64,000 bases of DNA from Williopsis jadinii (taxonomy: Eukaryota): NCBI GenBank assembly GCA_024346625.1, contig AP024664.1:4278001-4342000 (forward strand), written 5' to 3'. Each line of letters starts with the position of its first letter. The stretch's first letter is position 1. The translations under genes were made by a program, and so were the position numbers. The notes under the pieces are model-generated. The model ran no database searches. It had not been told where the DNA came from and saw nothing but the letters and a program-made list of their open reading frames with translations. Positions 44,434 through 56,845 of the stretch are shown here, piece after piece.

Positions 44434-46470
44434 ATGCATAAACCATTTGCAGACCTGAAGTTCTGCTCAACATCATTGCCCAATGACCTCAGAGTACGTC
44501 CCATCTTTCCTTCCAGCCCTCTGTAGATCTGAAAACTAACGGAACAACCACAGACTGATGTTGCCAATAAGGTGAAAGCCATGGGTGGGACCCACTCTTC
44601 CAACTTAATGTCCGATGTTAAGGTCCTGATAGTTGGTAGCAGGAACACAGATAAGTTCAAGTTCAGTGTTCGGAACAGATCAGACGTTCTGTTTGTACGA
44701 GCAGAGTCCATCAACGAGATCCATGAGAACTGGATCAACAACAGGGACAAAGCTGATCCCACATTGGTTGACATAAACTACTTCAGACTTCCGATATTCC
44801 AGGGCCTAACAGTCTGTGTATCAAGACTCACCACTGACCAATGGTTCAGTGTAGAGGACAAGGAGTATCTCATCACACAGTTAACAGAGAATGGAGCTGG
44901 TGTGTCTGATTCTTTGACGGGATCAACATCGTGTGTACTCATCAATGAAAAAAGTGGTAAGAGATATACAATGGCTAAGAAATGGCAGATCCCCAATGTT
45001 CACCCACGGTGGGTGATAGACTCTCTAAAGAGGAAAGCTGCATTGGACTTTCAGTACTACGATATTGATCTTGTCAGTCCCGAAAGAATCGGAGAAGGAA
45101 GTTGTTTAGTATGGGACGAATTGCAGTCCAAGAGGAAGAGGAGAAGAGTCGTTGCGGACGAGGAAGATCAAGTGAAGAAGAAGCCAGAAGTATGGAGATC
45201 AATAATGACAGATGTTAAACAACACAATGCTCTACAATCTAAGAGCAGAGATACCACTTGGGATGATGGTGAGAATTTAGAACACGATGAAGTGGAAAAA
45301 GTGGAGGAAGATAAAGCACATAAACCAAAAAAGATCAAATCATTTGTACAGCTGGCCATTGAATCAAAGCTATTCGCAGAGAAGACGTTCAAGGTGGAAT
45401 TCTTTGAAGATGACAAGATGCTGTTATTGAACAAGACCATTCAATCCCACAGTGGTGAGGTGTTAAACGAAGACAGTGATACTGAGCCCGATTATCTCAT
45501 CATACCTTCGGACTTCCCAACAACAGCTATCCCAATTCACTTAAAGTCTTCTAGACATACACATTTGGTGACCGAGTTCTTCGTGGAGAGGAGTTTGCAT
45601 TATAAGACCATCAAAGAGGATACATGGGGTGAGCCCTTTTACCAGGTGATCTCCAAAGGGGTTCAAGATATGACCATTAGTCTAACTGGGTTCCAAGGTA
45701 TAGAACTGCTACACGTTTCAAAGATGCTCCAACTTTCCGGTATAAAGTTACACGATTATTTAACAAAAGAGCGTGATATGTTAATGGTTAACTATGACAT
45801 ATTACGTCCCAAGTCTGGTGAACATTTGACAGCGAAGTACCCAACTCTTTTCAATAAGGACTTCAAGCTCAACGTACAACAGGCGAATATCATGTCTACC
45901 AAGAAGAAATTGTCATTTGCAAAGGCCAACAGTATTCCAATTGTTACGATAACCTATCTCTTTGATTCCTTCTTCAAGGGGATGCTATCGAATATCAATA
46001 ACAGGGAATGCTGTGTATACTGTCCCAAATGGGATCACCTGAAGGAGAAGCTGAGACCACTGACAGTTATGGATACAACGAGACAGCAAATGACCACAGG
46101 AGAATCTAAACCACCGTTACCAAAGAGTGATTCTTCGCTGTCCTTACCCAAATTGCCCTCTCCTATTAGAAACAAGAGACACGATAACCGTAGCCGGTTG
46201 GTTGGCAGAGCAGAGGTTTCGAATTTCAAGGATAACCTACACGAATCAGTATCAAATGACCCAGAATTACAAGAAGACGACACGCCCAAATCCACACAGA
46301 TTGGATATGACGACTCAGAAGCCGGAACAAATCTCTTGGAGTTGTTAACCGGTGCATCAAAGGGTAAGCCCATGGCTCGTGATAGGGCTAAAGAGCAAGC
46401 CAAACCCGAGGTGAGAAGCAGAACACGACAGGCGTACAAGGAGATGCTCAATATTCTCGATAACGATTGA
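44434..46470 (+). CDS. DPB11: Multi-BRCT replication/checkpoint protein; exon1 44434-44493, intron 44494-44553, exon2 44554-46470
   Basis: MHKPFADLKFCSTSL + GTACGT...ACTAAC...CAG intron in frame; BRCT motifs LPIFQGLTVC, VHPRWVIDS, ISLTGFQGIELLH; C-terminal TQIGY. Confidence 0.88.
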
Positions 46471-46798
46471 AATAACCAAATGAAGTGGACAAAGTCCTTA
46501 ACCAGTATTCTCGAGCCCCACACTTGAAGTACTTGGTACTTTACCATGATATATGATATATATAATATATATATAATATAATGTTGTACGACACCATCGT
46601 AACCACGGCAACCATTTATCGGTAGGGGAAACACAATCGGAATCCAATTCCGACGTCTCATTCTGTGCGTCCCCCACCGATGAGCTCCACCGGCAGAAAA
46701 GTTTTCCCTGGTGGTATCAAAACTTCTTTCCCGATGGCTTTATCTACGACATTAACCACACCTCAGTATTAAGCAAACAGCGTGAAATCAGAGCAAAC

Positions 46799-47980
46799 AT
46801 GTATACTTGTAACACGTGCCAGCTGCAGTTCCCAGAGGCCGAAGGCCAGAGAAGTCATATGAAGTCTGATTGGCACAGGTATAACCTGAAGAGAAGAGTC
46901 GCTGGTCTGCCGTCTATAGACGAGGCCATGTTCAACGAGAAGGTCAGCAAGCTGTCGCAGGCCGAGGAGGATGGCAAGAAGCAGAAGAGCGAGAAAGAGA
47001 AGAACATCACAAAGAAGGAACAGAGAAAGAGAGAGAAGGAGGCCCTATTGGAGAAGAAGAGACAGCTGCTGGAGCTTGCTAAACAGAACATGCTCAAGTC
47101 CATGAAGCAAGGTGAGACTGAGAGCCAGAATGACAAGCCTACAGAGGTGACAGTTACTGAGCAGTTAGAGGAGCTGAAGGTTGAAGATGAAGAAAAGCAG
47201 GAGGAAGAACTCACGCCTGAGCAAGAGGAGGAGAAACTCTTAGCTGAGAAATTGGCCAGTGGGGTTGAGATTGAACCTGAAGTTTGTCTATTCTGTAACA
47301 AGAAGTTCCCACACTTTGAAGCATGCTGTACTCACATGTTCAAGTACCATGGCTTCTACATCCCAGAACAGAACTTCCTTACGGATAAACTTGGGCTGGT
47401 GAAGTACATGTCTGAGAAGATTGGGCTCGGTAATGTTTGTATCGTTTGCAACTACCAAGGTAGATCGCTTGAAGCCGTGAGAGCTCACATGCTGGCTAAG
47501 AGACACTGCAGCATTCCGTATGAGTCTGAGAATGATAAGTTGGAGATCTCAGAGTTTTACGACTTTTCCTCCACCTACAAAGAACTCGACGGTGAGGATG
47601 ACCAATGGGAAGATGTTGATGACGAAGGTGAACTTGTTGGCAGCGACGAAGAGGAGGCTGATGACGACGAGCCGTTACCTGAACAAGTCTCCTACAATGA
47701 TGGTGTCGAGCTACACTTACCTAGTGGTGTTAAAGTAGGACATCGTGCCTATGCCAGATACTTCCGTCAAAACCTCAGACCTGAGACAGTGCTCTCCGAG
47801 GGCCAAGGAACCGTTATCGCAGCAGAGTCCAGACATTTGGCATCTGTACATGACAGACAAGCTCTTTTGGAGAAGAAGAGAATCTGGAGACACGAGAAGA
47901 GTGATCTGGACAGAAATGATAGAAGGGCACAGAAGAACATCAACAACCAACCTCATTACAGAGATCAATTGTTACAATGA
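46799..47980 (+). CDS. REI1: Cytoplasmic pre-60S factor Rei1 (C2H2 zinc fingers)
   Basis: YTCNTC..QRSHMKSDWHRYNLKRRVA, HMFKYHGFYIPE, LHLPSG.KVGHR..RYFRQN, HYRDQLLQ. Confidence 0.93.
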   Translation: MYTCNTCQLQFPEAEGQRSHMKSDWHRYNLKRRVAGLPSIDEAMFNEKVSKLSQAEEDGKKQKSEKEKNITKKEQRKREKEALLEKKRQLLELAKQNMLKSMKQGETESQNDKPTEVTVTEQLEELKVEDEEKQEEELTPEQEEEKLLAEKLASGVEIEPEVCLFCNKKFPHFEACCTHMFKYHGFYIPEQNFLTDKLGLVKYMSEKIGLGNVCIVCNYQGRSLEAVRAHMLAKRHCSIPYESENDKLEISEFYDFSSTYKELDGEDDQWEDVDDEGELVGSDEEEADDDEPLPEQVSYNDGVELHLPSGVKVGHRAYARYFRQNLRPETVLSEGQGTVIAAESRHLASVHDRQALLEKKRIWRHEKSDLDRNDRRAQKNINNQPHYRDQLLQ

Positions 47981-48036
47981 GTCTGGCTTACGTTATTGCA
48001 GCAATGTCTACAGTATATCTCCCTCTCATAGTTTTT

Positions 48037-48059
48037 GTAGTAGTAGTAGTAGTAGTAGT
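48037..48059 (+). repeat. (TAG)n microsatellite
   Basis: gtagtagtagtagtagtagtagt. Confidence 0.85.
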
Positions 48060-48328
48060 GTACTATTAGGTGACTCCATGGATACAATTACACGGTTGAA
48101 GTGCACGTCCAACGGAGCAAATCACATAATCAATATGCAACAGTTGATGTATCGCTTGTGAGGAAAAGAAATATGCAAGTAATAGAAAAAGAGGGTTGAG
48201 AAGTGAGTCATTAGTTGCCCATATCCTTGTTGGAAGAGATGGGCTTTTTTCGTGATCTGTGTTGAAACGAATTGAAAACGTTAAAAGGACATGACGTGAG
48301 GGTTTATGCTCGTGTGTAGATGAGAACT

Positions 48329-50143
48329 TCAGAGGTCTTGGAACAGCCCAAAGATCTTATCCTGGCCGACAAAGTCGTTGTCGACAATGTTGACCAAGGC
48401 ATAGTCATCAACAATTGATTGGATCAAATCCTTGGCCTTTGATCCAGATTCAAAGATGCCACTCCACTCGTGAAGGATTCTGAACACTTCATCCTTCCAG
48501 GCGAGGAAGGACACTTTCTCCACAATGGTTGGTTGGTGGACCTCATTTCCTGGGAAGATACCCCATGTCACTGCGTTAGCAGAGTCATCCTTTGTGTTTG
48601 AGTTCAAATCATCGGAATAGTCAATGGCAAAGTATGTTAAGATATTGTAGTTGTCCTTGGAGCTTGAGTTTTTGTTATATGGGGCATTGATTTCATCAAT
48701 CTTTTGAATCAACTTTGGCAGCTTCTTCCTCTGGATGAGGAACTCCAGGTATTGCTTTTGATAGACGAATCCGTTCTTTGGACCCCATCCGAAGATTGGA
48801 TCATCTGAAGAGCTTCCGTTGACCCTTGGCTGGGAGTTCACCGTGAAGAATCCAGCCTTGTTGATCTTGTTCAACTCATCTCTGATGGAACCAACTTCAG
48901 AGGTCACTGGAGTGTCTGACCATGGCAGAGAGTTCAATTGGCCGTTCAAGTAACGGATAACCAAATTGGACAAATCCTCCAAAGTTTGTGGTTCGCCCCA
49001 AAGTTCAATGGCTCTCTTTGGAGATTGACGTAGCAATCCAGCAGTGAAGAGCTCAACATCACCAAAGGCAGCAGAGTTAGCATCACCCCATCTACCGTTT
49101 GGAAACTCATCCCAACCCTGGGTTCTTGTGATGTAACTGTACTTTCTGTTCTTCCAAAAGATCGGTCTAACGGATTCGTTCTGTCTATTTGGGTTCAGAG
49201 ACTTTCTCCAAGGGAGGTCATCGGCAGCTTTGGTTGAGATCAATTGCAACTTTTCCAGGATCATGATGGAGGATTTCTCCAGGTTCATAGTGTAGAAATG
49301 TAGATGGTTAACGTAACCAGAATCCAACAGCTTTTGGCACATCTCGGCCACCAATTCGGTACCAGCTTCTCTGACGAGTTGATCGTCATCCTTGATAGAG
49401 ATCAGCTTGTCCTCAAAGTGCTGCGGGACATTGATCTCGCACCAAGTGGCTCTTCTCTTAAACGCAGCATACGAAGAGATCGGCATGATACCTGGGATGA
49501 TTGGCACTGTGATGCCAACTTCACGCACCTTGGCACACCATTCGATGAACTTATCGGCGTCGTAGAACATCTGTGTGATGATGAAGTCAGCACCAGCATC
49601 GACCTTCTCCTTCAAGTACCCTACAATCTTGTCAGAGTCGCTCTCCTCCGGATGGCCCTCTGGGTAACCAGCAACACCAATGTCGAAATGGTCCCCGTAT
49701 TTCTTTCTGATATACTCCACGAGATCTCTGGCGTAGTGGAACCCGCCTTCTACGGCAGTCCACTCGCCACCTTCGACAGGAGGATCGCCTCTCAGCGCCA
49801 GAATGTTCTGGCATCCTGAGTCATAGGCATCCTTCAGTGCCTTATCAATCAGCTCCACGGGCATGTTGGTGCAAGTCAAGTGCATACAGGTCTCCAGGCC
49901 CAACACGGACTGTGCAGTCGACACGATGTCAGTGGTCAAGTTGGACAAACGACCACCGGCATTCCAGGTAACATCGACGAATTGCGGGTTCAAGTTGTAC
50001 ATTCTGTCCATCCTGTCGTATAGGTTCTGCACACCTTGGGAGGTCTTTGGCACGAAGAACTCGAACGAAAACGTCGGCTTATCCTCGTGGGGATGAGCCT
50101 CGTCGGCCTCATGGGCTTTCAGCAGCTTCTGGGAAATCCTCAT
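48329..50143 (-). CDS. MET13: Methylenetetrahydrofolate reductase
   Basis: SFEFFVPKTSQGVQNLYDRMDRMY, MHLTCTN, ALRGDPP, GYPEGHPE, ITQMFYD, WDEFPNGRWG; N-terminus and length match Met13 rather than Met12. Confidence 0.9.
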   Translation of the reverse strand: MRISQKLLKAHEADEAHPHEDKPTFSFEFFVPKTSQGVQNLYDRMDRMYNLNPQFVDVTWNAGGRLSNLTTDIVSTAQSVLGLETCMHLTCTNMPVELIDKALKDAYDSGCQNILALRGDPPVEGGEWTAVEGGFHYARDLVEYIRKKYGDHFDIGVAGYPEGHPEESDSDKIVGYLKEKVDAGADFIITQMFYDADKFIEWCAKVREVGITVPIIPGIMPISSYAAFKRRATWCEINVPQHFEDKLISIKDDDQLVREAGTELVAEMCQKLLDSGYVNHLHFYTMNLEKSSIMILEKLQLISTKAADDLPWRKSLNPNRQNESVRPIFWKNRKYSYITRTQGWDEFPNGRWGDANSAAFGDVELFTAGLLRQSPKRAIELWGEPQTLEDLSNLVIRYLNGQLNSLPWSDTPVTSEVGSIRDELNKINKAGFFTVNSQPRVNGSSSDDPIFGWGPKNGFVYQKQYLEFLIQRKKLPKLIQKIDEINAPYNKNSSSKDNYNILTYFAIDYSDDLNSNTKDDSANAVTWGIFPGNEVHQPTIVEKVSFLAWKDEVFRILHEWSGIFESGSKAKDLIQSIVDDYALVNIVDNDFVGQDKIFGLFQDL

Positions 50144-50359
50144 TCTCTTTTCCCACGGTTCTCCGTATTAATCTGGTTCAATTGAGGCAGAAGAAGCAGG
50201 AAAAGTTGATGATTCAGCCAAAATTTTTCATACAAAAAAAAACGTTTTTCCGGAGCGATGTCATTTCGAGAAGAAGAAGAAAAAATTCCTCCGGTTCAGG
50301 GATTTTTCGCTTTGGTTTTTGTGAACATGTGAAAACGAAAATTTGTATTACATAAGCAG

Positions 50360-50366
50360 TCACGTG
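50360..50366 (+). promoter_or_regulatory. Cbf1 site TCACGTG in the MET13 promoter
   Basis: gTCACGTGg ~220 bp upstream of MET13; ACTGTGG (Met31/32 core) at ~50510. Confidence 0.5.
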
Positions 50367-50643
50367 GATGTGATTACGTAAGCGAGAGGTTTGTATGGTG
50401 CTGGGGTAGGATATGATGGTGGGTGTGTACAATGGACGCAGTGCTAATGCTATGGATTGGACTGCTGGTTGTACTTAGAGCTTGATGGAGGGATGTGGGG
50501 TGGCAGTGTACTGTGGTCTACACATTATTAGCAGCTTGCTAATTGATGACTTGGTCAATGATTGCAGAATAGTCCATTAGTATTTTAAGCGTACTGCTAT
50601 TTTCACTGGTAGGTGAACACAGAATACCGGAACTTCAACAAGA

Positions 50644-50715
50644 AGCGTCTTGGCGCAGTGGAAGCGCGCAGGGCTCATAACCCTGATGTCCCTGGATCGA
50701 AACCAGGAGACGCTA
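50644..50715 (+). tRNA. Initiator tRNA-Met (CAT)
   Basis: AGCGTCT...TGGCGCAGTGGAAGCGCGCAGGGCTCATAACCCTG...GATCGAAAC...AGACGCTA; A1:U72 pair, GGG/CCC anticodon stem, GATCG T-loop; T-run terminator at 50719-50725. Confidence 0.97.
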
Positions 50716-51152
50716 AAATTTTTTTGGATGAAGAAGGCACTAGGAGGTGTCCGGGTGTAGCGTGCTCCTCAACCAGTGCGTACTTCGCTCATACACACCT
50801 TCTTCCCAGAGATCATACATGTCCGCTACGATGCCTGTATCTTGTGTTCATGCCCCAATGGCTGACTCCACACTGCTACCGTCTGAAAACGAGAGAGTGT
50901 GTGCTGTTAGTGGAAGAATGCAGCAAACCTTTGGCACACACATAGGAACACAATCACGTGACCAAGATGATATCGGTAGAGGCACGCTACCCATGATCCT
51001 GGTATCACATTGAGAGCCATCTTTTCAGAAAAATTAAACACACATTAACCGTAAATCAACAATCAAACAGTAACACCACATCTAACATAATCAATATTTC
51101 AAAGCGTCCAGCCATTAAGTGTTAAGTTCATTCCATTATTCTATTGCAAGCA

Positions 51153-54100
51153 ATGAGCATTCCAACTCCAACTGGGTCTGGTAAGTAACAGTGGAAAAAT
51201 AAAATAAGTTGTTGTTTTGCTCCCTAACATCACCATCAAAAAACAAATGAAAACTAACATAGCATTAGATGCGATCCAAAGAATCGAAGTAAATTCTATC
51301 CATAAACCCATTACTGTACCAAGCTCGAAGGCGGTGGATGTAAAACTTTCAAAAACAATTGTTTGTGGAGAACTTGATGGAACATTTCAAGGAACACTGA
51401 ATGGTGTAGTATTCCAGGGTCAAATGCAAGGCACTGGTGAGTCTTTGGAGGAAACTGATGACATCCGAATCTGTAAAGACACACTCTTGAGATCCACTAA
51501 GAGCCTGGACATATTGAATATGGCCCTGTCGTTACTTGAAGAAAAGCTGAATTCCTCCCTGCTAGAGAACACAACTGCATCAATTTCGTACGCTAAAAGA
51601 ACGAATGAGGAGATGTTGAAACAGGAACTTCTTGAGACAAAAGCCATGGTGAAAGATAAAGACAACAAGCTCAAATCCATACTGAAAGATAGAGACAACA
51701 AGATCAAAGAACTGGAAGAAAAGATCACACATATGCAAAATGTGATGCAAAATCACTAACCAACCTCATGGCAGCCCTCATTTTCAACAAATCAACCAAC
51801 ACATGCAAAGAAAGTGCATATCAGGCCTTCAAAGACTCTTTCAAGCATTGAAAGTGGTGACGAAAATGATTCAGATGGTGAGGATCTAACAAGTGGTCCA
51901 ATATTCGGTCCCCTTTTATCCTTCAATGAGACTGACAATGAGGAAGAAGATGATGACTTAGACCTTGAATGCGAACCAAATCAGGGAAGAAAGTTCTTGA
52001 ATATCATAAAGAATAAGATATACAGGGGCCTCATTAAAGAATTGCGCGTTAACGCTCGTCTTCAAACTTTTGATGATGTCGAAATGGCTTTATTCATCAA
52101 ATTCACAATCTGCAACGGGATTTTCTATAAGAATTACAATTGTCGAAAAGGTATTAACAAATCCAAAGCAGAATTCTCAGTGACCAAATCATATTGTTGT
52201 TGTCAGTGTAATGTGGTTATAGCAACAGTTCGATATTGCAACTCTCATGGGAAAATACAGATTAAAAAAAATGCATGCCGATCACAACTGTACCATGGAC
52301 GATTTGATCAAAAGACATAAGAAGCTCATTGTGTCCAAGATCAAGCAGGGAGCAAAAAGAAGGCACAACACCTCCAGGTTAACAGATGGCAAATTCGAAA
52401 CAATGCTGGCAAAAGAATTCAAAGACGTTGACAGTAAATATCAATCTTTTGGTTCTCATGTACAACTTCTCAAAAGATACAGTATGTTAACAAACAATGT
52501 GTTTCATCAAAAGACTGTTCCTCACATTTCACATCTTGTTGGACTCCATAAGTCCCATATGTTTTTCAAGTCCACCAGTAAAAGAAATCAACATCTTGCT
52601 GCAAAACTAGAAAGAGATGTAGCACTCGGTACTATTATTGAAATCCTTGGCTTCAACGGAGATCGAAGTATCATTGACAACATTAACCTTTGGTCGGTTT
52701 CGAGGCAATTGATCAAGACAGACTTATTGAATCACTGAAAAAAACCATCTCTCGTAGAATTCTAACGAAGAGGATTTATCACGGGTCATTCAGTGATCTG
52801 GATATAGTGAGCACAGCAATAGCACTCCATAAAGTTGGATGCATCATGGTCGGATTCAATGGAAACAAGATGGCCTTTGAAAATGGCTGGCTTGCTTCTA
52901 GTGGAGCTGATTTGACAGAATCACTTGAACGATATCATGCATTGCGTGAAAATGTTAGTGACGATGTGCAAAATCAGGAATATGTCACCTTTGGTGAACG
53001 TGGAGTTCCAGTTCCATTGCCCGATGATGAACCATTTGAAGTTGAACCAATCAATTGTGACCATGAAATTGATGATGATTTAGCAACTGAAAGCACACTG
53101 AAAAAAATCAATGACGATGATCTGAAAGCTGAACTAATTAATTCCAGAATTGAAATCCTGAACTCAGAGAATGAAATTGACTCCAATATTCTCAAGAGTA
53201 ATTATGCTGTCAATAAAGATAAGATGGCATATTATCTTTCTTCCTTGGAAGAAGGAAACTTCCCAGTGCCTCCAGAACTCACCTCAGCCATGAACAAATT
53301 TCTAGAGAATAAGAAAGATGATGAAACCTCAGTTGACATGGTGTACTTCCAGAATATTCTCTGTGAAGAGCTCAATCTAGAAAAGTCCATTAGAGTGCTG
53401 GTTTTGGATGGTATGTGTGTCAAAATCAAGGACGCTCAATCTGAGGATAAATTCTCAACTCTTCTGGTCATGAATTGCAAATATGGTAATAACAGGACCG
53501 TTCCTTGGGCTTTTGCATTGTGTGGTAATGAATATGCACAGTCGTGGACAAACTTTTTAACAACTTTCAAATCAGCAAATCCATGGTTCGTTGAAAGCAT
53601 AGCCATAAAGAATTGGTCATGTATTACAGACGGTGAAAATGGAATGAGACTTGCCATGAGGCTCGTTTTTCCTGAAGTGACGAATACAACTTGCACTTTC
53701 CACTTGGAACAAAACGTTCTAAAGTGCACCAGTCCCAAATACAGGAGAGCAGCTTCAAAATGGCTGAACACAGCAATCCACAGTCAGCATTCAAGTGTGA
53801 GAGAAGAAGCTGTTGCAAAATTGAAAGCCAGCTTTGCGACTGATGAGAGGACAAACAAGAATTCAACGTTTCACCTAATCTCAACTATGGCCCAAATATC
53901 TCGTCCTCTTTTGAATGACACAGCGAATGTCACAATGGATGTTTTCACGTCTAACCAAGTGGAAGTGTTCAATAGTAGAATCAAAAGTTTTGGAGGTACA
54001 AATAAGATCAACATTATTTTGAATCTACTAGCTCTGCAGCAACTCGGTGAAGAATTGACTGTTTATGAGCTTTCTGATCCGAATGCCAAGTCGAAAGTTT

Positions 54101-54921
54101 CCATGACCACTTTGGGTATTGTTCATGTGAATGTGGCTATTTATCTCTCAAGCATGTTTGAAGTCAATGGGCAAGATGGAATTTATCTCGTGAATTCCAA
54201 AAAGGTGTCCTATACTGATGAAGAACTTCTCAGTTTTATCGCACGTTGCCATGCTCCACTCAAGAGATCCAAGAAATCATATGTGCCATTCAGAAAGGAA
54301 TATTTCAAGAGTCTGATGAACAGTGCTGGAGTAATCATCAAAATTCATGGTGATGATGTTTCGTGTAGCCAGTGCAGAGGTGAAGTTAGAGAATTCACTT
54401 ATTGTCCTCATGTCTTAGCTGTGCTCTCTAAAATCAACAATTGGGAGTTCGAAAACGATCTGGAAAGCTGTATTACAAAGTGGAAAGAGAATAAGGGCAC
54501 CAGTAAGTCTGACATCAAAATTTTCAGTTATCAAAATCTTGCGCCACTTCTTGAAGGAAGATTTCCCATGTACATTCATCCATCGGTGATCTGTGATCTC
54601 TCTGTGGAGAAAATTTGTCATCGATACAAAATTGACGATGTGTACTCAATCAAACAGGATATTACATCCATCAAGAAGTCACTATTGCCACCCGAAGCAA
54701 TTAAAGTCACAAAATCTACCAAGGCCACCAGAGCTACCCCAACCTCTTCAAATATGGATGATTTGACAAACACCTCATTGGAAAGTGAATTTGTGGAGGG
54801 TCAACACTTGGAAGGGTCAGATTTTGGCAAAAACAAGCCACCCACTAAGACTAAGAAGAGAAAACGAAAACAAGGAAGAACTGTGGGTGGTCTGAGACAG
54901 TGTAAACGTGTGAACAGATAA
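51153..54921 (+). mobile_element. Mutator-like (MULE/MuDR) element coding region, interrupted (intron 51181-51262, stop at 51757, frameshifts ~52268 and ~52690)
   Basis: MULE DDE core VLVLDG...WAFAL..NE..SW..FL...CITDGENGMRLAMRLVFP...CTFHLEQN...TSNQVEVFNSRIK; SWIM finger CSQC...CPHVLAV; N-terminal C..C...H.C. Confidence 0.9.
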
Positions 54922-54949
54922 GAATGTCACCAAACCACGTAAAACTATT

Positions 54950-56704
54950 CCAGATAATATTAATATTGCTATTTGTAGACAGTTCCATCTGAAGCAATAT
55001 CCAATATCAGAATAGTAAGATGATCTTCCATTAAAAAGGATTAAATGTATCCATGGGAATGATAAATCCTGTACTCATAGCATTCTCTATGGGAGCTAGA
55101 AGGATCCATCTAGCAACTTAATTGATTGCTCAAAGGTAAAAAAACACTCCTTCACATAGTATTGACAGAAGGGAATCAACCCGTATTATGTTTTATTTGT
55201 GCGCACTGATATTGGAGTATACTCTGCTGTAATGCTTCTGCGCACCAAGGGGAACTCTTTAACCTATGGTAATGAAGAAGTACGGTGTTCTGAATTTGTT
55301 GGTGCTGTTGGTTCAATATTAGCAAATTCAACAACAGTTTCTTCTCTGGTGAATCCCATCTCTGTAATTTCCTGTTGAACAATTTCTCTAGCGGTATGTA
55401 GCAGCTGTGCGTAACGATTGCTTTGAGAAAGAAATTCACCAACCTTCCTAATGTAGGTCTCAAGTATATTATATGCTTCATGATTCTGAACATCTCTAAG
55501 TCATTCAACGTGGCGGTTTATAGCCAAATCTGGATTTAGTGTTTAAATTTCTGCGAATTTCTTTAGGTCATTTTCTTGAGCTATCATACCATCAATTCTA
55601 TGGAATAGACGGCCGTTGATGGTCATTGAATAAGTTCCACCCCTTAAATCACCAGTACTGATTGCTCGAGAATATTTGGATGTGATTGGATCCAATAAGA
55701 CATCCAAGGTGTACTGTGGAGGTTCTTTGAATGCCTCACCGACCAAGACTTTGTCCCTGTCACAACAAAAAGATGGTAATTCAGTATCGATATGGAGAAC
55801 ATGGCAATAATCTCAACACTTCTCAAGCTCACCTTCATTATAAACTGAGTTCCATAGCCTCCCAGGTCTCCGTTGTTGTTGTTCATAAACTGGATCATCA
55901 TTTTCGTTAAAACCGATAGTGTCATGATCAAAAGCACCATCATGTCTAATTTCTTCTAACGCTCTTTCAGATACCTGTGCTACCTTTCTTCACCTATCTC
56001 CTATTCTATCTGCCATAGTTCCATCATCAAGTTCAGGTTCAGATTCAGATAATGGCGGCTGTTGTGGTAAATCTCCCCATGGTTCTTCTGGTGGTTCACA
56101 CTTCAGGTCAGTTAGTCTGTCTCAATAGTTACTGAGTTTCCTTGTGATGCGTTACCTTCATTCGTTTGCGGTTGCCGCTGTGTTTAAGAATTAACCGCTG
56201 ATGTTTGCTCTTCAAGTTGAGGTCATTCTTCTGTTATTTTTCTAATTTTGTGTATACAAGCTGTCTTGGTTTTGTGTCATTTTGTGTTGATAAGAATTCC
56301 AAATGTAAACAATGCAGCGAAGGATGGAAAAATACCAACATTTTTATGATTGCTAGGGCAACGAAGAACCACAGTTACCCATATAAGAAGACACGGCGGA
56401 GGTTATTTAGGAAGAAACACTGATACAATCAAAGTGCGAGTCGATGTAGCTGATGATATAGACCATTTCTTTTGCATGGCTTACCAGATACTCCTACGTT
56501 TGCTCCGTTGTTGAGATATAAGCAAGTATATGCATTTTTTGACTATTACACCATACAAACTACAAACTGTTATATCTCAGAAACTATTTCTGACCACCTG
56601 CTCATACTTTGTACATCTTTTAGTGGGAGTATTAGCTACAGATTGACCCACTTTGGAGGCTTCGAAGACCGGTTTGCTAGCTTTATTAGTATCATTTTAG
56701 TTCA
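54950..56704 (-). mobile_element. Helitron copy D, degenerate, 5' end present, 3' part missing
   Basis: Same GGTYSMTINGRLFHRIDG remnant, MADRI.. segment and 5' leader as copies A-C; left boundary approximate. Confidence 0.83.
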
Positions 56705-56845
56705 AATTCTAACGCCGGCGGCGCTTTTAGCGATTTCTCTTTCACCTTACACCCACAGCTTGTTCCCCAAAGCGGTAAAGCTATTTAGATCAAGCAATTA
56801 AGTTTAGTACCCGTTGAGCTGGTTACGCAGAAATCTCCACCTATC

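Noticed and set aside
56385..56704. Right TIR of the MULE
   Set aside because: No counterpart left of the transposase; it matches the 5' leaders of Helitron copies A and C instead.
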